The notes beneath the pieces are model-generated. The model saw only the letters and a list, made by a program, of their open reading frames with translations. It made no database searches and had not been told where the DNA came from. A stretch of 58,564 nt of DNA, filler included, from Stramenopiles sp. TOSAG23-6 (lineage: Eukaryota), in assembly GCA_900128565.1 (NCBI GenBank). It is 2 parts of 2 records of this genome, joined end to end, with 100 filler letters (N's around TTAATTAATTAA, not from the genome) between each part and the next. Parts side by side here need not be neighbours in the genome. Positions count along the whole stretch, not along the records: positions 1 to 29,239 come from LT635972.1; 1 more part is not named here. One strand, 5' to 3'. Shown here in pieces: positions 9,941 to 21,318 of this stretch. A program made the translations under genes and the position numbers. Numbering within the stretch: the stretch's first letter is position 1; each line of letters opens with the position of its first letter.

Positions 9941-12388
9941 ATGGGAAATCGTGGTAGTCGACGCAGTCGAAATTCCTCTGTATCGACTGCTCGGGATAGT
10001 AATATCCCAGCGAGACTTTCAGGTGTAAATGCCTTCCAAGCAGCGCAAGCTAGAGCACATGCTCAGCATCAGGCTGCCGAATGGAGACAGCGTCATGATG
10101 CTGCGTGTAGTCATAACCAGCCACGACGCCAAGTGGTCGAGACCTCTCCCCAGGTTGTGCATTGTGTACGCTGCCGTCGTGCTCTTATGCCACCGGCAAA
10201 TCATCCACGTTTCCGTTGTCCTTGTGGGCAAATAATGGCAAATCCTTTCATGGTCAATTCGCAACGGGTTAGGTGTCCACGTTGTGCAGGAATTCTAGCT
10301 CCCGTGCCGGGTCTTACACGATTTCGTTGTCCTTGTGGTGCCCTTCTTACTCTTCCATCGGGTGACTTATGGAAGTGTAATATGTGCCAGCATATGAATC
10401 CAGCGCATAGAGCAGGTTGTGAAATGTGTGGCGAAGGTCGATATAGTTCTAGTGATAGTGAAAAAACGAAGGAAGAAGATGAAAAGTATGTTCGTGAGCG
10501 TTCAAGACTTGTGTCTCAAGGCCAACAAGTCTGGATCCGCCGAATGGATAGTACGTTTTCATAATGAATTTCAAATTTTTTTTTTCGTACGAAATTTTGT
10601 ACCTAACAAATTTCGAATTTAATTTTTTTACAAATTTCGAATTTAATTTTTTTTAACAATACATGTGACAATGTGATACGTTGGGCTCGCACGTATGACC
10701 CTGAAAAGTTTGATGAACAAATTGGTAACTTAACTATTCCTACAAATGCTAAGATCAAGGAAGATTTGAAACGGGCAAAAAAGAAGAGTAAAAAGAAAAA
10801 GAACAAAGCAGATAGAATTTGGCAAACGACATTTGTTCGAAGAATGCTGATTATATTAGGAGGAGAAAAGGTTATTGCAGGTTGTTTTGAGCGTGAAGAC
10901 TTTTTAGAAGGTCTTCAGGCATGTGTAGAAGCAATAGGAGATATGTCTGTGAAGGATTTACGGCAAAAACTTACCCAACATTGTGTTGATCATACCAAGT
11001 GTATTGAAAAATCAGAACTCGTGAAAGCTTTACTTGTGAGTGTAACACTAAGAGCATATAAACGAAACGATGGTTGGGTACGTACATTTGTCAGTAAGAC
11101 TACTGAAGGAAAGAAAGTTGCCTCTGATATTAATTGTACTATGGATTGGATACCAGCTAATCAAGCTGAAATCCGATTAAACATTCCTGGTTTGAATATC
11201 AATTTTCAAGAACTAAGGGCAGCAACTTCTTTACCATTCCGACGTAAACTGCAATGGTTCAGACAGCAAGTTGGGCGAATGGGTGTAAGTTGGGCTGCTG
11301 GACATGTCAAAGTTAGGGTGCGAAGAACGCATCTTCTTCAAGATTCATATGACGCTTTCCGAAAGTTGAAACCTATTGATTTTCGTAAAATATTTCAATT
11401 TGAGTTTATTGGTGAACCCGCTCTAGATGCTGGTGGTGTTGCGCGTGAGTGGTTTGCGTTATTAGGACAGTCGATATTCAATGTAGATTTTGGATTATTC
11501 AAATATGGTGATGTTGATAACTTGTGTTACCAGATCAATCCCAATTCTGGTATTGCGAATGATTTACATCTTCAATATTTCCGATTTGCAGGTCGTCTTA
11601 TTGGAAAGTCATTATTCGACCAACAAATTATTCCTGCACATCTTTCTTTACCATTATATAAACATATGTTGGCGTGGCCGATAACTTTAGGAGATTTAGA
11701 ATATGTTGATCAAGAAGTTCGTAGTTCTCTGACTCAGATTTTGAAGTCAGATGATGTTGCAGATTTAATGTTAGACTTTTGCACTACTGTCGAGTCATTT
11801 GGTGAAATTAATGAAATTGAGCTGAAATCTGGCGGAGGTGATTTAGATGTGACAAATGCAAATCGATATGAATATGTAGAATTAATGTTAAAGCACATTA
11901 TGTTGTCACAGACAAAAGACCAATTGTCTCATCTTCTTATAGGATTCTATGAAGTAATTCCTGAAGCTCTAGTAATGATATTTGATTATCAGGAGTTAGA
12001 GCTTTTAATTTGTGGTTTACCTCATATAGATACTGAAGATTGGCAAAATTCTAGTGTATACCGTGGAGTGTTTAATGCCGATCACAAAGTTATTAAATGG
12101 TTTTGGGAAGTAGTCGAGGAAATGAATGAGGAAAAAAGAGCAAGGTTACTTCAATTTGCCACTGGGACTTCCCGGGTCCCAGTACAAGGTTTTAAAAGTT
12201 TACAATCTAATCAGGGGAAAGGTGCTCCATTTTGCTTGAAATCTGTAGCTCGTAAAGGACCAGCTTTTCCTGTGGCACATACGTGTTTCAATAGGATAGA
12301 TTTACCTGAATATAAATCCTTAGAAGAACTGAAGAAATATCTTATGATTGCAATTCAAATGGAAGCTACAGGCTTTGGTCTTGAATGA
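9941..12388 (+). CDS. HECT E3 ubiquitin ligase with N-terminal Cys zinc ribbons and RanBP2-type finger; exons 9941-10550, 10665-12388
   Basis: FIGEPALDAGGVAREWF, LLQFATGTSRVP, PVAHTCFNRIDLP; WKCNMC...CEMCG; spliced CDS 2334 nt in frame. Confidence 0.92.
10551..10664 (+). other. Family intron, GT-AT, 114 nt, with internal ~24-nt duplication
   Basis: GATA|GTACGTTTTCATAATGAATTTC...GTACCTAAC...AACAATACAT|GT; joins two ORFs as MD-S-DNVIRW. Confidence 0.85.
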
Positions 12389-12453
12389 TAACACCAATTA
12401 TAATTATATAAAAGATATTAATATAACAATTTCAAAATTTATTTGATTCAAAT

Positions 12454-14736
12454 TCAATAACGCTGTAGCTTCTGTCGCTTACGACGAATACGTTTCGTCG
12501 ATGGCTTTGTACCTCCATTATTATTCAAAGTGTTTTCGACTTTTATTTTTTCTTCGCCTTCTAAATTGTTTTCTGCGGAATCATTACTATCAGAACACTT
12601 CCTCTTCTTTTCCACAGCAGAATTATTTGTTATATCATTCGTATCATTGGAATCATTATTATTTTGTGTTNCTTCATTATTTACAGTAGTGTCATTTGTA
12701 TTATCCTTTTCTTGTGATTTTTGAGTATTTGAATCCAATATATCTCCCTCCTGGCTACGTTCACCATCAGCATCATCATTAACATCCCATAGTGGCGACA
12801 TAACTGGCACTTTCTCCTTATCTTCCCTAGGCATTGTTTTTTTTGGTACTGGGGAAGAAGCTAATGATTCAAAACAATCACGATGGTATATTTGTCCTCT
12901 CGCATTGCCATATGAAGGCGGAGGACGAACAGTGTTTTTCCAAATCCATTGACTATTTCCTGTGTGCTTCCCAGGCGACTGATCACCGGGATTATCTGAA
13001 CTATTTCCACCTCCAGGAGATTCACTAGTAGAGATGTTTTGTTTCACCTCCCACCAATGTCTCTCAAATTGTTCACCACACACAGGACAAGTCTTAAAGT
13101 TCTCATCCAATGGACATCCATTTGAACCTGGAACCCGATTATATAATTTATCCAATTCGCGCTCGACTTCGTTTGAAGAAGACGATTTTTGACCAGAATG
13201 TTTTTCTTCAGCGGCTGCAGCTTCGGCTGCTTGAACATCAAAGAATGATGCAGCGACCGTTTCACTCTTTTCTTCAACCGATGCCAATGCAATACCACCT
13301 GCCCAAGAGTTTTCACCAACAAACCACATCCTTGCAGAACAAGACTGTCCATTCGTCTTCCGACGATTTGCTCGAAAGTACCAATCTAGATGACGAGCAT
13401 GTTCTTCTTCTGTTTTAAAACGAAGTCCATCAATTCGACAAATGATCTTGTCTTTAGGATGTAGACGGTCGAGAAGAAGGTCTGTCACTGATTTTTTATT
13501 TCCATTATTTTCTATTTCAATAGCCGTAGTTTGCGTAGGGTTATTTTTTTGTTCTGTAGAATTGATTAACATAGGATTTTGTATATTTTGCACATTTGCC
13601 ACCAGTGTAGAATTACTACCCATAACTGACATATTTCTATTCATTTCTGTTTGCTGTGAAGGAACTACTACATTCTGACCTGGCATCTGTAATACCGGTG
13701 CTACTTCTGGCATTCTAACCGAAGATGAATTTATATTTACCATAGGAGTTGTATACGAAAGATTTGAATTTTGTTGTTGTTTTCCGTATTGACTATGTTG
13801 TAACAACTGATTATACAAACCAGGGTTTGAGTATTGTAACTGCGCAAGAGGCATTCTTTGTGCAATAGGCACCCTCATTGACTCATACATTTGCTGTAAC
13901 ATTATTGCTAAATGTTGTTCACCAGGTCCCCTTGGAGACATCTGTGAAGATGTCGTCATTTGAAGTTGTGGAGCAGTAATGTGATGATTTTGTGTGGTGT
14001 ATCCGATATGAGATGAATGGGAAGGATACATTTGCACGGCTGTTGGATTCTGTATAGTTGCTGGGTATATGGTCATTGGGGCTGTATTCACCATGGTGTG
14101 CTGAAACTGATGTTGCTGATATTGATTTTGTTGTTGATGATGCTGTTGCTGAAATTGTTGGGTTTGATGTTGATGTTGCTGCTGCTGAAATTGTTGTTGA
14201 TGCGCCTGATGCTGATATTGCTGTTGTGTTGGGTATTGTCGTAATGGTGGGACAAACGCTGCTGGGTTGTGTAAAGTATTTGAAATACTCTGTGGAGGAA
14301 CATATGGTGCTGAGGCATGCAATGTATTTGACATGGGTGCATCTAAAGATAATTGACCTAGTTTTGTTGTAGTTGCAGCTGGAAATATATGCATTTCTGT
14401 CCATGTTTTGAGAACACGAAGCATAGAGCCTCGAGACTTTCCGTCAACTGCAAGAAAAGCATCCGTGAACAGATTCACAATCACAGCGTGAAAAGCTGAG
14501 CGGTATGCTCCTCGAACATTTTTTAAAATGGAATCAATTGTATATATAATAGGTAACTTAAAATTCGGTTGCACTGAAGATATCTTTGAATGAATGACAC
14601 CAACAATTGCAGGAGCACTATGTTTGAAGTCATCAGCGAGCATGGACAAAAGATTGATAACGTCCTTTGCGGGATGACTGCCAAGTGCATCCATTTCTGC
14701 AGAGTACTCAGCTAAAAACGATTGCCGAGCATGCAT
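12454..14736 (-). CDS. PCF11: PCF11-like cleavage/polyadenylation factor (CID domain, Gln-rich linker, two zinc fingers)
   Basis: KLPIIYTIDSILKNV (CID); CRIDGLRF...HLDWYF...RMWF; CPVCGEQFE...W...YHRDC. Confidence 0.85.
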   Translation of the reverse strand: MHARQSFLAEYSAEMDALGSHPAKDVINLLSMLADDFKHSAPAIVGVIHSKISSVQPNFKLPIIYTIDSILKNVRGAYRSAFHAVIVNLFTDAFLAVDGKSRGSMLRVLKTWTEMHIFPAATTTKLGQLSLDAPMSNTLHASAPYVPPQSISNTLHNPAAFVPPLRQYPTQQQYQHQAHQQQFQQQQHQHQTQQFQQQHHQQQNQYQQHQFQHTMVNTAPMTIYPATIQNPTAVQMYPSHSSHIGYTTQNHHITAPQLQMTTSSQMSPRGPGEQHLAIMLQQMYESMRVPIAQRMPLAQLQYSNPGLYNQLLQHSQYGKQQQNSNLSYTTPMVNINSSSVRMPEVAPVLQMPGQNVVVPSQQTEMNRNMSVMGSNSTLVANVQNIQNPMLINSTEQKNNPTQTTAIEIENNGNKKSVTDLLLDRLHPKDKIICRIDGLRFKTEEEHARHLDWYFRANRRKTNGQSCSARMWFVGENSWAGGIALASVEEKSETVAASFFDVQAAEAAAAEEKHSGQKSSSSNEVERELDKLYNRVPGSNGCPLDENFKTCPVCGEQFERHWWEVKQNISTSESPGGGNSSDNPGDQSPGKHTGNSQWIWKNTVRPPPSYGNARGQIYHRDCFESLASSPVPKKTMPREDKEKVPVMSPLWDVNDDADGERSQEGDILDSNTQKSQEKDNTNDTTVNNEXTQNNNDSNDTNDITNNSAVEKKRKCSDSNDSAENNLEGEEKIKVENTLNNNGGTKPSTKRIRRKRQKLQRY

Positions 14737-15043
14737 TTTGCTGTTGTTTATCGTGTAGCTCTAAATACTATTTTGACAAATCTACGCAAATACTCGGGCA
14801 ATTTCAAAAGAACACTCTAATATTATGGTAATTACACGAATATACACACACCGTAGCTCATGATCTGAAGTCTCTGAAGAAGACAAGTTTAGTTTTTTTG
14901 AGTTTTTTTGACACGTGTTGCATGCAACTTTTTGTACACCCGGTACCCGTATAAATTAAATTATTCAGTGACGTTTGCGCAGGAGCGAATATTGCATTGC
15001 GATTTGCCTACAGCGTTTCTAAGTCTGTGCATTACAAAGACAA

Positions 15044-15806
15044 ATGATGGTTGTTCACTTTGACTTCTCCACTAAAATCGGTAACAGTAATACCTGTGTC
15101 AATCTCACTTGTGGGCAGACGACCGAAATTTCATTTGCGTTTCCTGCGGATGCTGTCCAGGCAGACGATAATTCGGGGCCTTGGATAGGCTTGTTTGACG
15201 TCGACGCAGCTGGGACACCAACCACATTAGTGACAAAAGACACCTGGTACCGTGCTACAGTCAAGCGAAGTAGCGGATTTTCTTGGGACGCTAAATATAC
15301 AATTTCGGCACCTGGTCACTACGCTATGGTTTTGGTACCAAGAGGTGGATCAGCTAAATCCCCACTTAGTGTCGTTTGTGTGAACGGTGTCGAAATCAGG
15401 GAGCCGAACACCCGCCCACCCCCCCGAACATCTTCAGATAACGAAAAAATTAAAGCCGCACTTCAGGTTTTGACCAAAGAAAGAATTGGAGATTATTCTG
15501 ACCTAATTAACTTTGGATTTAAAAGCACCGCTGCAAAAGTGGAAGGTGATTTAGTGACTATTTGGGTTGAAGAATGTTATGTATGTTTTATATTTTTTTA
15601 AATCGAATTTTTTTTCGTACGCAATTTTGTACCTAACAATTTTTTTTAGATTTTTCTTGAAATATTTTTCCAAAATAAGAGTCGTAGAAAATGGAAATTG
15701 CACAGCAATCCCAAATGACGACGAGGGAGACTACAATAAGACGCCACCAGATGAATCATTTCAATGGCTGGATAATGCAGGTCGCCTCTGTGAACCTGAA
15801 TTTTAA
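15044..15806 (+). CDS. Hypothetical protein, two exons (3' exon frame uncertain)
   Basis: ORF 15044-15580 runs into a family intron; continues as VVENGNC...EPEF* if the acceptor is 15680, or SRRKWKLHSNPK* if the AG at 15679 is used. Confidence 0.55.
15581..15680 (+). other. Family intron, GT donor, acceptor ambiguous (GA at 15680 or AG at 15679)
   Basis: TAT|GTATGTTTT...CGTACGCAATTTTGTACCTAAC...AAATATTTTTCCAAAATAAGA|GTC. Confidence 0.75.
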
Positions 15807-16232
15807 GGTAGCCTTGAACCTGAATTTTAAAGTCGCTTACGTCTTTAGAAAGGTTTATGACAAATCTCATTTTGTAATTTTGGTTTTTACTCCTATATGA
15901 ATCCATACCCTCAAATAGATTATTAGTGATACATAATTTGTATTATAATTGCTTAAATTTATTTTCAAATAAATTACCAAAAATAATCAAATTAGACATT
16001 TTCAAGTTATTCTTTAGTAGCTAATTTTTTAAGTAAAACTTGTTAACCCTAACCCTAACTTGAAAAATTTGAACGCGTCAAAAGTGAAAAAAGTTCCATC
16101 ATCAACATCATCAATTGATCAAGTCCCCAATTCGAGCAACTTCGAGCAACTTCGAGAAGTTGGAACTATATGGATCAGCGACTTTACTTAACGATGATAT
16201 CAACTAAATAACCTCATTTACAGTATTCTACG

Positions 16233-17573
16233 ATGGCTAATATTTCTTTGGATCCATGTCGCTCATGGGAGCAGGGTGTAAAACCATTATCTATGTGTGT
16301 TGCAGCGGATAGTGCTTTCGATCCACGTCGCTCACGGGAGCGTGTGAAAACATTATCTATACGTTTTGCTGCGGTGGATAGTGCTTTCGCACATCTTTAT
16401 AGTGGATTGGTAGAGCGACAAAAAACATATGAAAATAGTGAGGTTCAACAACATGAAAGATCAAAAATGCCAACAAATGGTCGAAAACGAGCGCAACTTA
16501 ACGACAAATACAGTACTTTAGTGGGTATTGCAAATGTTTCTGGCATGAACAGTCGTAATAAATATTGCATACCACCACATGTTGCTGTATGGGAATTGTC
16601 TGTTTCTGGTAGGAATATTATGGATAAGAATGTTTTGGTATCACATTTACCTCCGTCTAGGAGTGGCATGCGCACTATAAGTGAACTTGGTTCTACTGTA
16701 TTTATTCTACCTTACCGAGTAATTCCATTCTGTGGAGTAAAGGCGTCATCTTCTCTTTCTAGAATTCATGGTACTGTAAGAAAGAAAACAAAGTCGTCGA
16801 AAAGGTTAAAACATTCCTTTACAGCTCAAGTTGTAGTTGATCGGTTGTGGTCAATGCCATCAATAAATAATGGACTTCACCACATGTCTCGATCTATACC
16901 TATGACTAAAAGAGTTCCATTATATCTTAAACGAAGTTGGAGTAGAAAAACTTTCAAGAGAAAAAACCCCGACCCTACCCTTCATTGTGGCACCCACGAA
17001 ACACAAAATGAAGCTACTTTGGTTCCCAAATCCAATCCGTGTAATAATAACATGAATAATAATAATAACATGAATAATAATGATAACATGAATAATAATA
17101 ATAATAATAATAATAACAAAACTAGCAAACACCCAATTGGAAGTTCGTCTTCATGGCTTCGAAGCCGCATTAAAAGACCAAAACTTTCCCACATTTCTAC
17201 AGCTAATGATAAAAACGAGATTAATTTGATCAGTGTCGCCACAAAAATTTCAGCCAAAAGAAATAATACCGCGAATAGGTCGGAAAATACGAATATTGTC
17301 ACAGAGTTGACAAAGATAAATACTTTATCAGAAATAGCACAGATTCAAAACTCAAATAACGTTTTTTCCATGAAAGCTTTATCAGTGCCAATACCACCGC
17401 AGAGAAACTTTGATGCATTATGTAGTGCCAGTGGTGATGGTAAGTACGATAGTATGTGGGGCACTAATGCTCGGGACAGTGGAGGCGAATTTTCGAGGGG
17501 ACGTGAAAATAGAAACGTAAATAATGATTCAAATACAGCAGTTAACGATGTTCTAAATTCAGTATTTTCGTAA
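16233..17573 (+). CDS. Hypothetical protein with poly-Asn tract
   Basis: 446-aa ORF; AAT microsatellite about 17043-17117. Confidence 0.6.
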   Translation: MANISLDPCRSWEQGVKPLSMCVAADSAFDPRRSRERVKTLSIRFAAVDSAFAHLYSGLVERQKTYENSEVQQHERSKMPTNGRKRAQLNDKYSTLVGIANVSGMNSRNKYCIPPHVAVWELSVSGRNIMDKNVLVSHLPPSRSGMRTISELGSTVFILPYRVIPFCGVKASSSLSRIHGTVRKKTKSSKRLKHSFTAQVVVDRLWSMPSINNGLHHMSRSIPMTKRVPLYLKRSWSRKTFKRKNPDPTLHCGTHETQNEATLVPKSNPCNNNMNNNNNMNNNDNMNNNNNNNNNKTSKHPIGSSSSWLRSRIKRPKLSHISTANDKNEINLISVATKISAKRNNTANRSENTNIVTELTKINTLSEIAQIQNSNNVFSMKALSVPIPPQRNFDALCSASGDGKYDSMWGTNARDSGGEFSRGRENRNVNNDSNTAVNDVLNSVFS

Positions 17574-17693
17574 AATTTATATAGTTATAAAGTTAAAGAA
17601 ACATCGCAAGCATTTCCGCATTATTGTCGTATTATGTTTTTGCTACTTTACGCATTGTTATCATGTTATTAATTTTTGCTACTAATTCATTGT

Positions 17694-19610
17694 TTACTTG
17701 CTTTCTACATTCTTAAATAATTTTGCTCTTGAGGCAACGATGTCTGAAATGTATGCTTTCATTTCTGTGCCTTCTGCGATTTTATTTTTGTTACCAAATT
17801 CATCTACACGTCTATACAANGTCCCAAGTTTAGCATTTTTGTCGTTTGTCCCAAGTGTAGCTTTTCTTTCAGTCATTGATTCTCTTGAGGCAACGATATC
17901 TGAGATGTATGCTTTCATTTCGGTATCTTCTGCGATTTTATTTTTGTTACCAAATTCATCTACACGTCTATACAACGTCCCAAGTTTAGCAACTTTTTTG
18001 GTTGTTATTTTTTTTTTTTCCTGTGGATGTCGTTTCGAATGAGGAGTTGCTACATGCATTATACTTTGGGCGGTTTTTGTTTCTGGAAACCTCGTTCTAT
18101 TAGGAGTAGTAGAATTTGTTTCTGGAAACCTCGTTCTATTAATATTAAAAGTAGTTGTTGCAATCGATTCATTATCACAATTATTCGACCGTGATTGAAA
18201 ATTGTGTTTTTTATCACATGTTTTGATATCCCGTGATAATAATCGTGAATGCAGGGCGGCACTTATAGGAACGTTTGTTGCGGCTAGTGCTTCATCACAC
18301 TGACGCAATAAATTTGTCCAGATAGCATGAGAGGGATACTTTTCAAATTTTTTGTTTTCAAATTTTTTGTTTTCAGGAGATTTTGTCTTAGGAGATCTCT
18401 TTCGTGGGGAAGACGAAGGCGAAATCGAAGAATCTATATACGACAGTAAGTTATTCTGTTCCTGTGAATGAAGCCTCCGTCTATTGTCCGATCTTCTTCG
18501 ATATTCTTCAGACACATTGTCCAAAGATTTTAAACTAAAGCTGTATCTCGTTGGTGATCTCATTGGCGATGAAATAGGACTATTGTAACTTGTTGCTGAT
18601 ATGTTTGTGGGTGATAACTTTGGAATATTTCTACTTTTTGCGAAAAATTGTTCACTTCTCGGACTGAGCGACTTTGTATAAGCTCCAATTGTTGTTTCGG
18701 ATGTCCCTGGCGATGCCAAAATATCCTCCACTCTCTTTGTGTCCGTTACATTTGCCAAAGTATCTACAAATTCTGTTTGATAGGTTGATTGTTCAGAATT
18801 ATTTTTTGATTTTGTTGTTGTGAATTCTTCTTGGAAAGTTGTGAGTAACTCCGTTGAAGAAGAATCAAAAGAAGTTTGATTTTGTACTGTAGTATCATCC
18901 AGTTGTTGTTCTTGTTGTTGCTTCATCATTGAAGATCTTAAAAGTGGATTTGAAGTTTCCACGTCACTTTGTAGTTTATATTGCATTGAAAGCTTCGGCA
19001 AAGCTTGAATCGTTGTTTTATTTTTGTACCTTTGTTTATTGCGCAAGTTCACTAATTCATCTCGCTTTTTCATATAGTCTTTCATCAATTTTGAAAGTGT
19101 TTCTTGTGAAAATATTCCGTGGGCACTTTGCCAAGCTTCAAAGGCTTTCGTAGAATCTTCCTTGGCCATTTTTATTCTTTTATCTAGATCATAACAATCA
19201 CTTTCTTTATTGTTTCCCGCTTTATAATCACTAGCAGTGAAAACTTTCATTGTTTCTGGTTCCCTTGTCTCAGTTTTTGTAGAATGATCAGCATCAGTAA
19301 GAAATAATGGACCAAGAAAGAAAACTATAATATCACATAACTTTACAAAATCAAATTGTCCAGTCTTTTCAACATCTTCTTCTTGAACTACCTTTAGGAC
19401 AGATGCCTTCATTTTCTCACTACTTTGGATTACACCACATTCTTGCAACACTGGGTATATATCAGCTGTGGTGATGTATTTTTTTCCATTTACCTGAAAT
19501 TTTGTGAAAGTTTCTTTCAACAAAGAATGGCGCTGCCCAGAAGACAATTGCGCCCATTTACGGGTTACACCTGTATGATGTATTGAAAGCTGTTCTGAAA
19601 TAGAGTCCAT
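17694..19610 (-). CDS. Hypothetical protein, EF-hand-like N-terminus, Ser/Pro-rich, duplicated C-terminal motif
   Basis: 638-aa ORF; DVEKTGQFDFVKL; KLGTLYRRVDEFGNKNKIAE.TEMKAYISDIVASR occurs twice. Confidence 0.65.
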   Translation of the reverse strand: MDSISEQLSIHHTGVTRKWAQLSSGQRHSLLKETFTKFQVNGKKYITTADIYPVLQECGVIQSSEKMKASVLKVVQEEDVEKTGQFDFVKLCDIIVFFLGPLFLTDADHSTKTETREPETMKVFTASDYKAGNNKESDCYDLDKRIKMAKEDSTKAFEAWQSAHGIFSQETLSKLMKDYMKKRDELVNLRNKQRYKNKTTIQALPKLSMQYKLQSDVETSNPLLRSSMMKQQQEQQLDDTTVQNQTSFDSSSTELLTTFQEEFTTTKSKNNSEQSTYQTEFVDTLANVTDTKRVEDILASPGTSETTIGAYTKSLSPRSEQFFAKSRNIPKLSPTNISATSYNSPISSPMRSPTRYSFSLKSLDNVSEEYRRRSDNRRRLHSQEQNNLLSYIDSSISPSSSPRKRSPKTKSPENKKFENKKFEKYPSHAIWTNLLRQCDEALAATNVPISAALHSRLLSRDIKTCDKKHNFQSRSNNCDNESIATTTFNINRTRFPETNSTTPNRTRFPETKTAQSIMHVATPHSKRHPQEKKKITTKKVAKLGTLYRRVDEFGNKNKIAEDTEMKAYISDIVASRESMTERKATLGTNDKNAKLGXLYRRVDEFGNKNKIAEGTEMKAYISDIVASRAKLFKNVESK

Positions 19611-19924
19611 TGATAAGGGTTTATCTAAATAAACTAATCCTTAACAATTTTCAAATAGATCGTAGTATTATTGTAGTGTAAGTAGTAGTAGTTGGCGAGC
19701 GCTTGGCGAGCCGTTTTAACGTCGTTTCAGCCGTTAAAAAGGTGTGAGCCGGGTAACCACAAGTTGTCAAGTCCTCAAGTGAGTGATATCAATAGCTGTC
19801 TTTACTCTTACACTCTCTCACGAGCATTGCAAGCGCAAAGCTAGGTACTATAAAATAATCGAATTGACTCAATAATAGTGGTTTATAAAACTTAGTATTT
19901 AATCACATTGAAATTTCATAGATT

Positions 19925-20983
19925 ATGAAGGTTGTCAATCGATTTCCTTCTCAGCATGATGACTTCATCCATGATGTTGCGTATGACTTTTATGGAAAAC
20001 GTTTAGCAACTTGTTCTTCTGACCGCACCATTAAAATATGGGAGCAAGTTTGTCAACAAGATGGAAAGAGTAGTGATAATAGAGAAAAAAATACAGATAA
20101 TGGTGGCTGGGTGCTTCAGGCTTCTTGGAAGGCACATACATCATCTGTGTGGCAACTTGCATGGGCTAACCCAGTATTTGGACAGGTGCTCGCTTCATGC
20201 TCATATGATCGCACTGTCACTATATGGGAAGAGCAGGAAGGAATATGTCGTAGTAATGGACAAAGCCAAGTATCGTGGAAACAGAAAGCCCAACTTGTCG
20301 ATAGTAAAGAGTCGGTGAATACAATTGAATTTGCGCCGCGTCATTTAGGATTGAAACTTGCCACTGGTTCTAGTGACGGTTACGTTCGAGTGTATGAAGC
20401 TGGAGATGTTCTAAATCTCTCACACTGGCAACTCCAGGACAAGTTCAGAGTAGAAGATGTCACTGGTGAATGTAATGATAACAATATAGCGTCGAATTCA
20501 AGTAGTGGTGCGAGTAATCATACTTCAAGTACGAGTGGTGGTGTAACATGCCTCTCCTGGTGTCAGCGTAGGTTTGACTCGCCCATGTTAGCCATAGGTA
20601 CCGCCGGAATTTCACCCCCTTGTATTTGGGTTCATAATGCTGAAATAAAAAGATGGCAGCCCGCATTACAATTGACTGGGCATAGTGCAGGAGTAAATGA
20701 TATATCTTGGGCTCCAAGCATGGGCCGCAGCTTTTATTTTATTGCTACTGCATCGAAAGACGAATCAGTTAGAATTTGGAAAGTTGCAAAAGGTAAAATT
20801 GAGGATGAATGGAAGCTTGCTGAAGATGAAAGCTTTGGTCAAGTGTGGCGTGTCGAATGGAATGTTACTGGTACAATGCTTGCTTCATCGGGGGATGATG
20901 GAAGAGTTCGTTTATGGAAACAAAGTCCGAAAGGAGATTGGCGTTGTTGTGACAAAATCACGGCGGGAGAACAACAAGTATAA
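19925..20983 (+). CDS. SEH1: Nucleoporin SEH1 (WD40)
   Basis: HDDFIHDVAYDFYGKRLATCSSD, FGQVLASCSYDRT, FAPRHLGLKLA, VWRVEWNVTGTMLASSGDDG. Confidence 0.95.
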   Translation: MKVVNRFPSQHDDFIHDVAYDFYGKRLATCSSDRTIKIWEQVCQQDGKSSDNREKNTDNGGWVLQASWKAHTSSVWQLAWANPVFGQVLASCSYDRTVTIWEEQEGICRSNGQSQVSWKQKAQLVDSKESVNTIEFAPRHLGLKLATGSSDGYVRVYEAGDVLNLSHWQLQDKFRVEDVTGECNDNNIASNSSSGASNHTSSTSGGVTCLSWCQRRFDSPMLAIGTAGISPPCIWVHNAEIKRWQPALQLTGHSAGVNDISWAPSMGRSFYFIATASKDESVRIWKVAKGKIEDEWKLAEDESFGQVWRVEWNVTGTMLASSGDDGRVRLWKQSPKGDWRCCDKITAGEQQV

Positions 20984-21318
20984 AATAGCTGGGGAAATGT
21001 ATCCGGTGTCTTGTTGATGATACAATGAAGTTCGTATCATTATGTCTTTCTACTGACATGGAGTTAGGCATTGTTCAAAGATACTATTTTATTAGTATAG
21101 AATTACCTTTTTTGATAAATTTGAAATTGTACAAAGTACCTTTTTTAAAATTTGAAAAATGAAAATTCTGAAAGAAAAGAATATTTTGATGTACAAAAAG
21201 CATGTCCTATTTATTTTCAGTGTAACACATTGGTAGAACTCAGCCCAATATGGTTATTATTATGCAAATTTTGATAATAAATTTTCATTTCTATTAATCC
21301 AAAATTTGAATTCAAATT

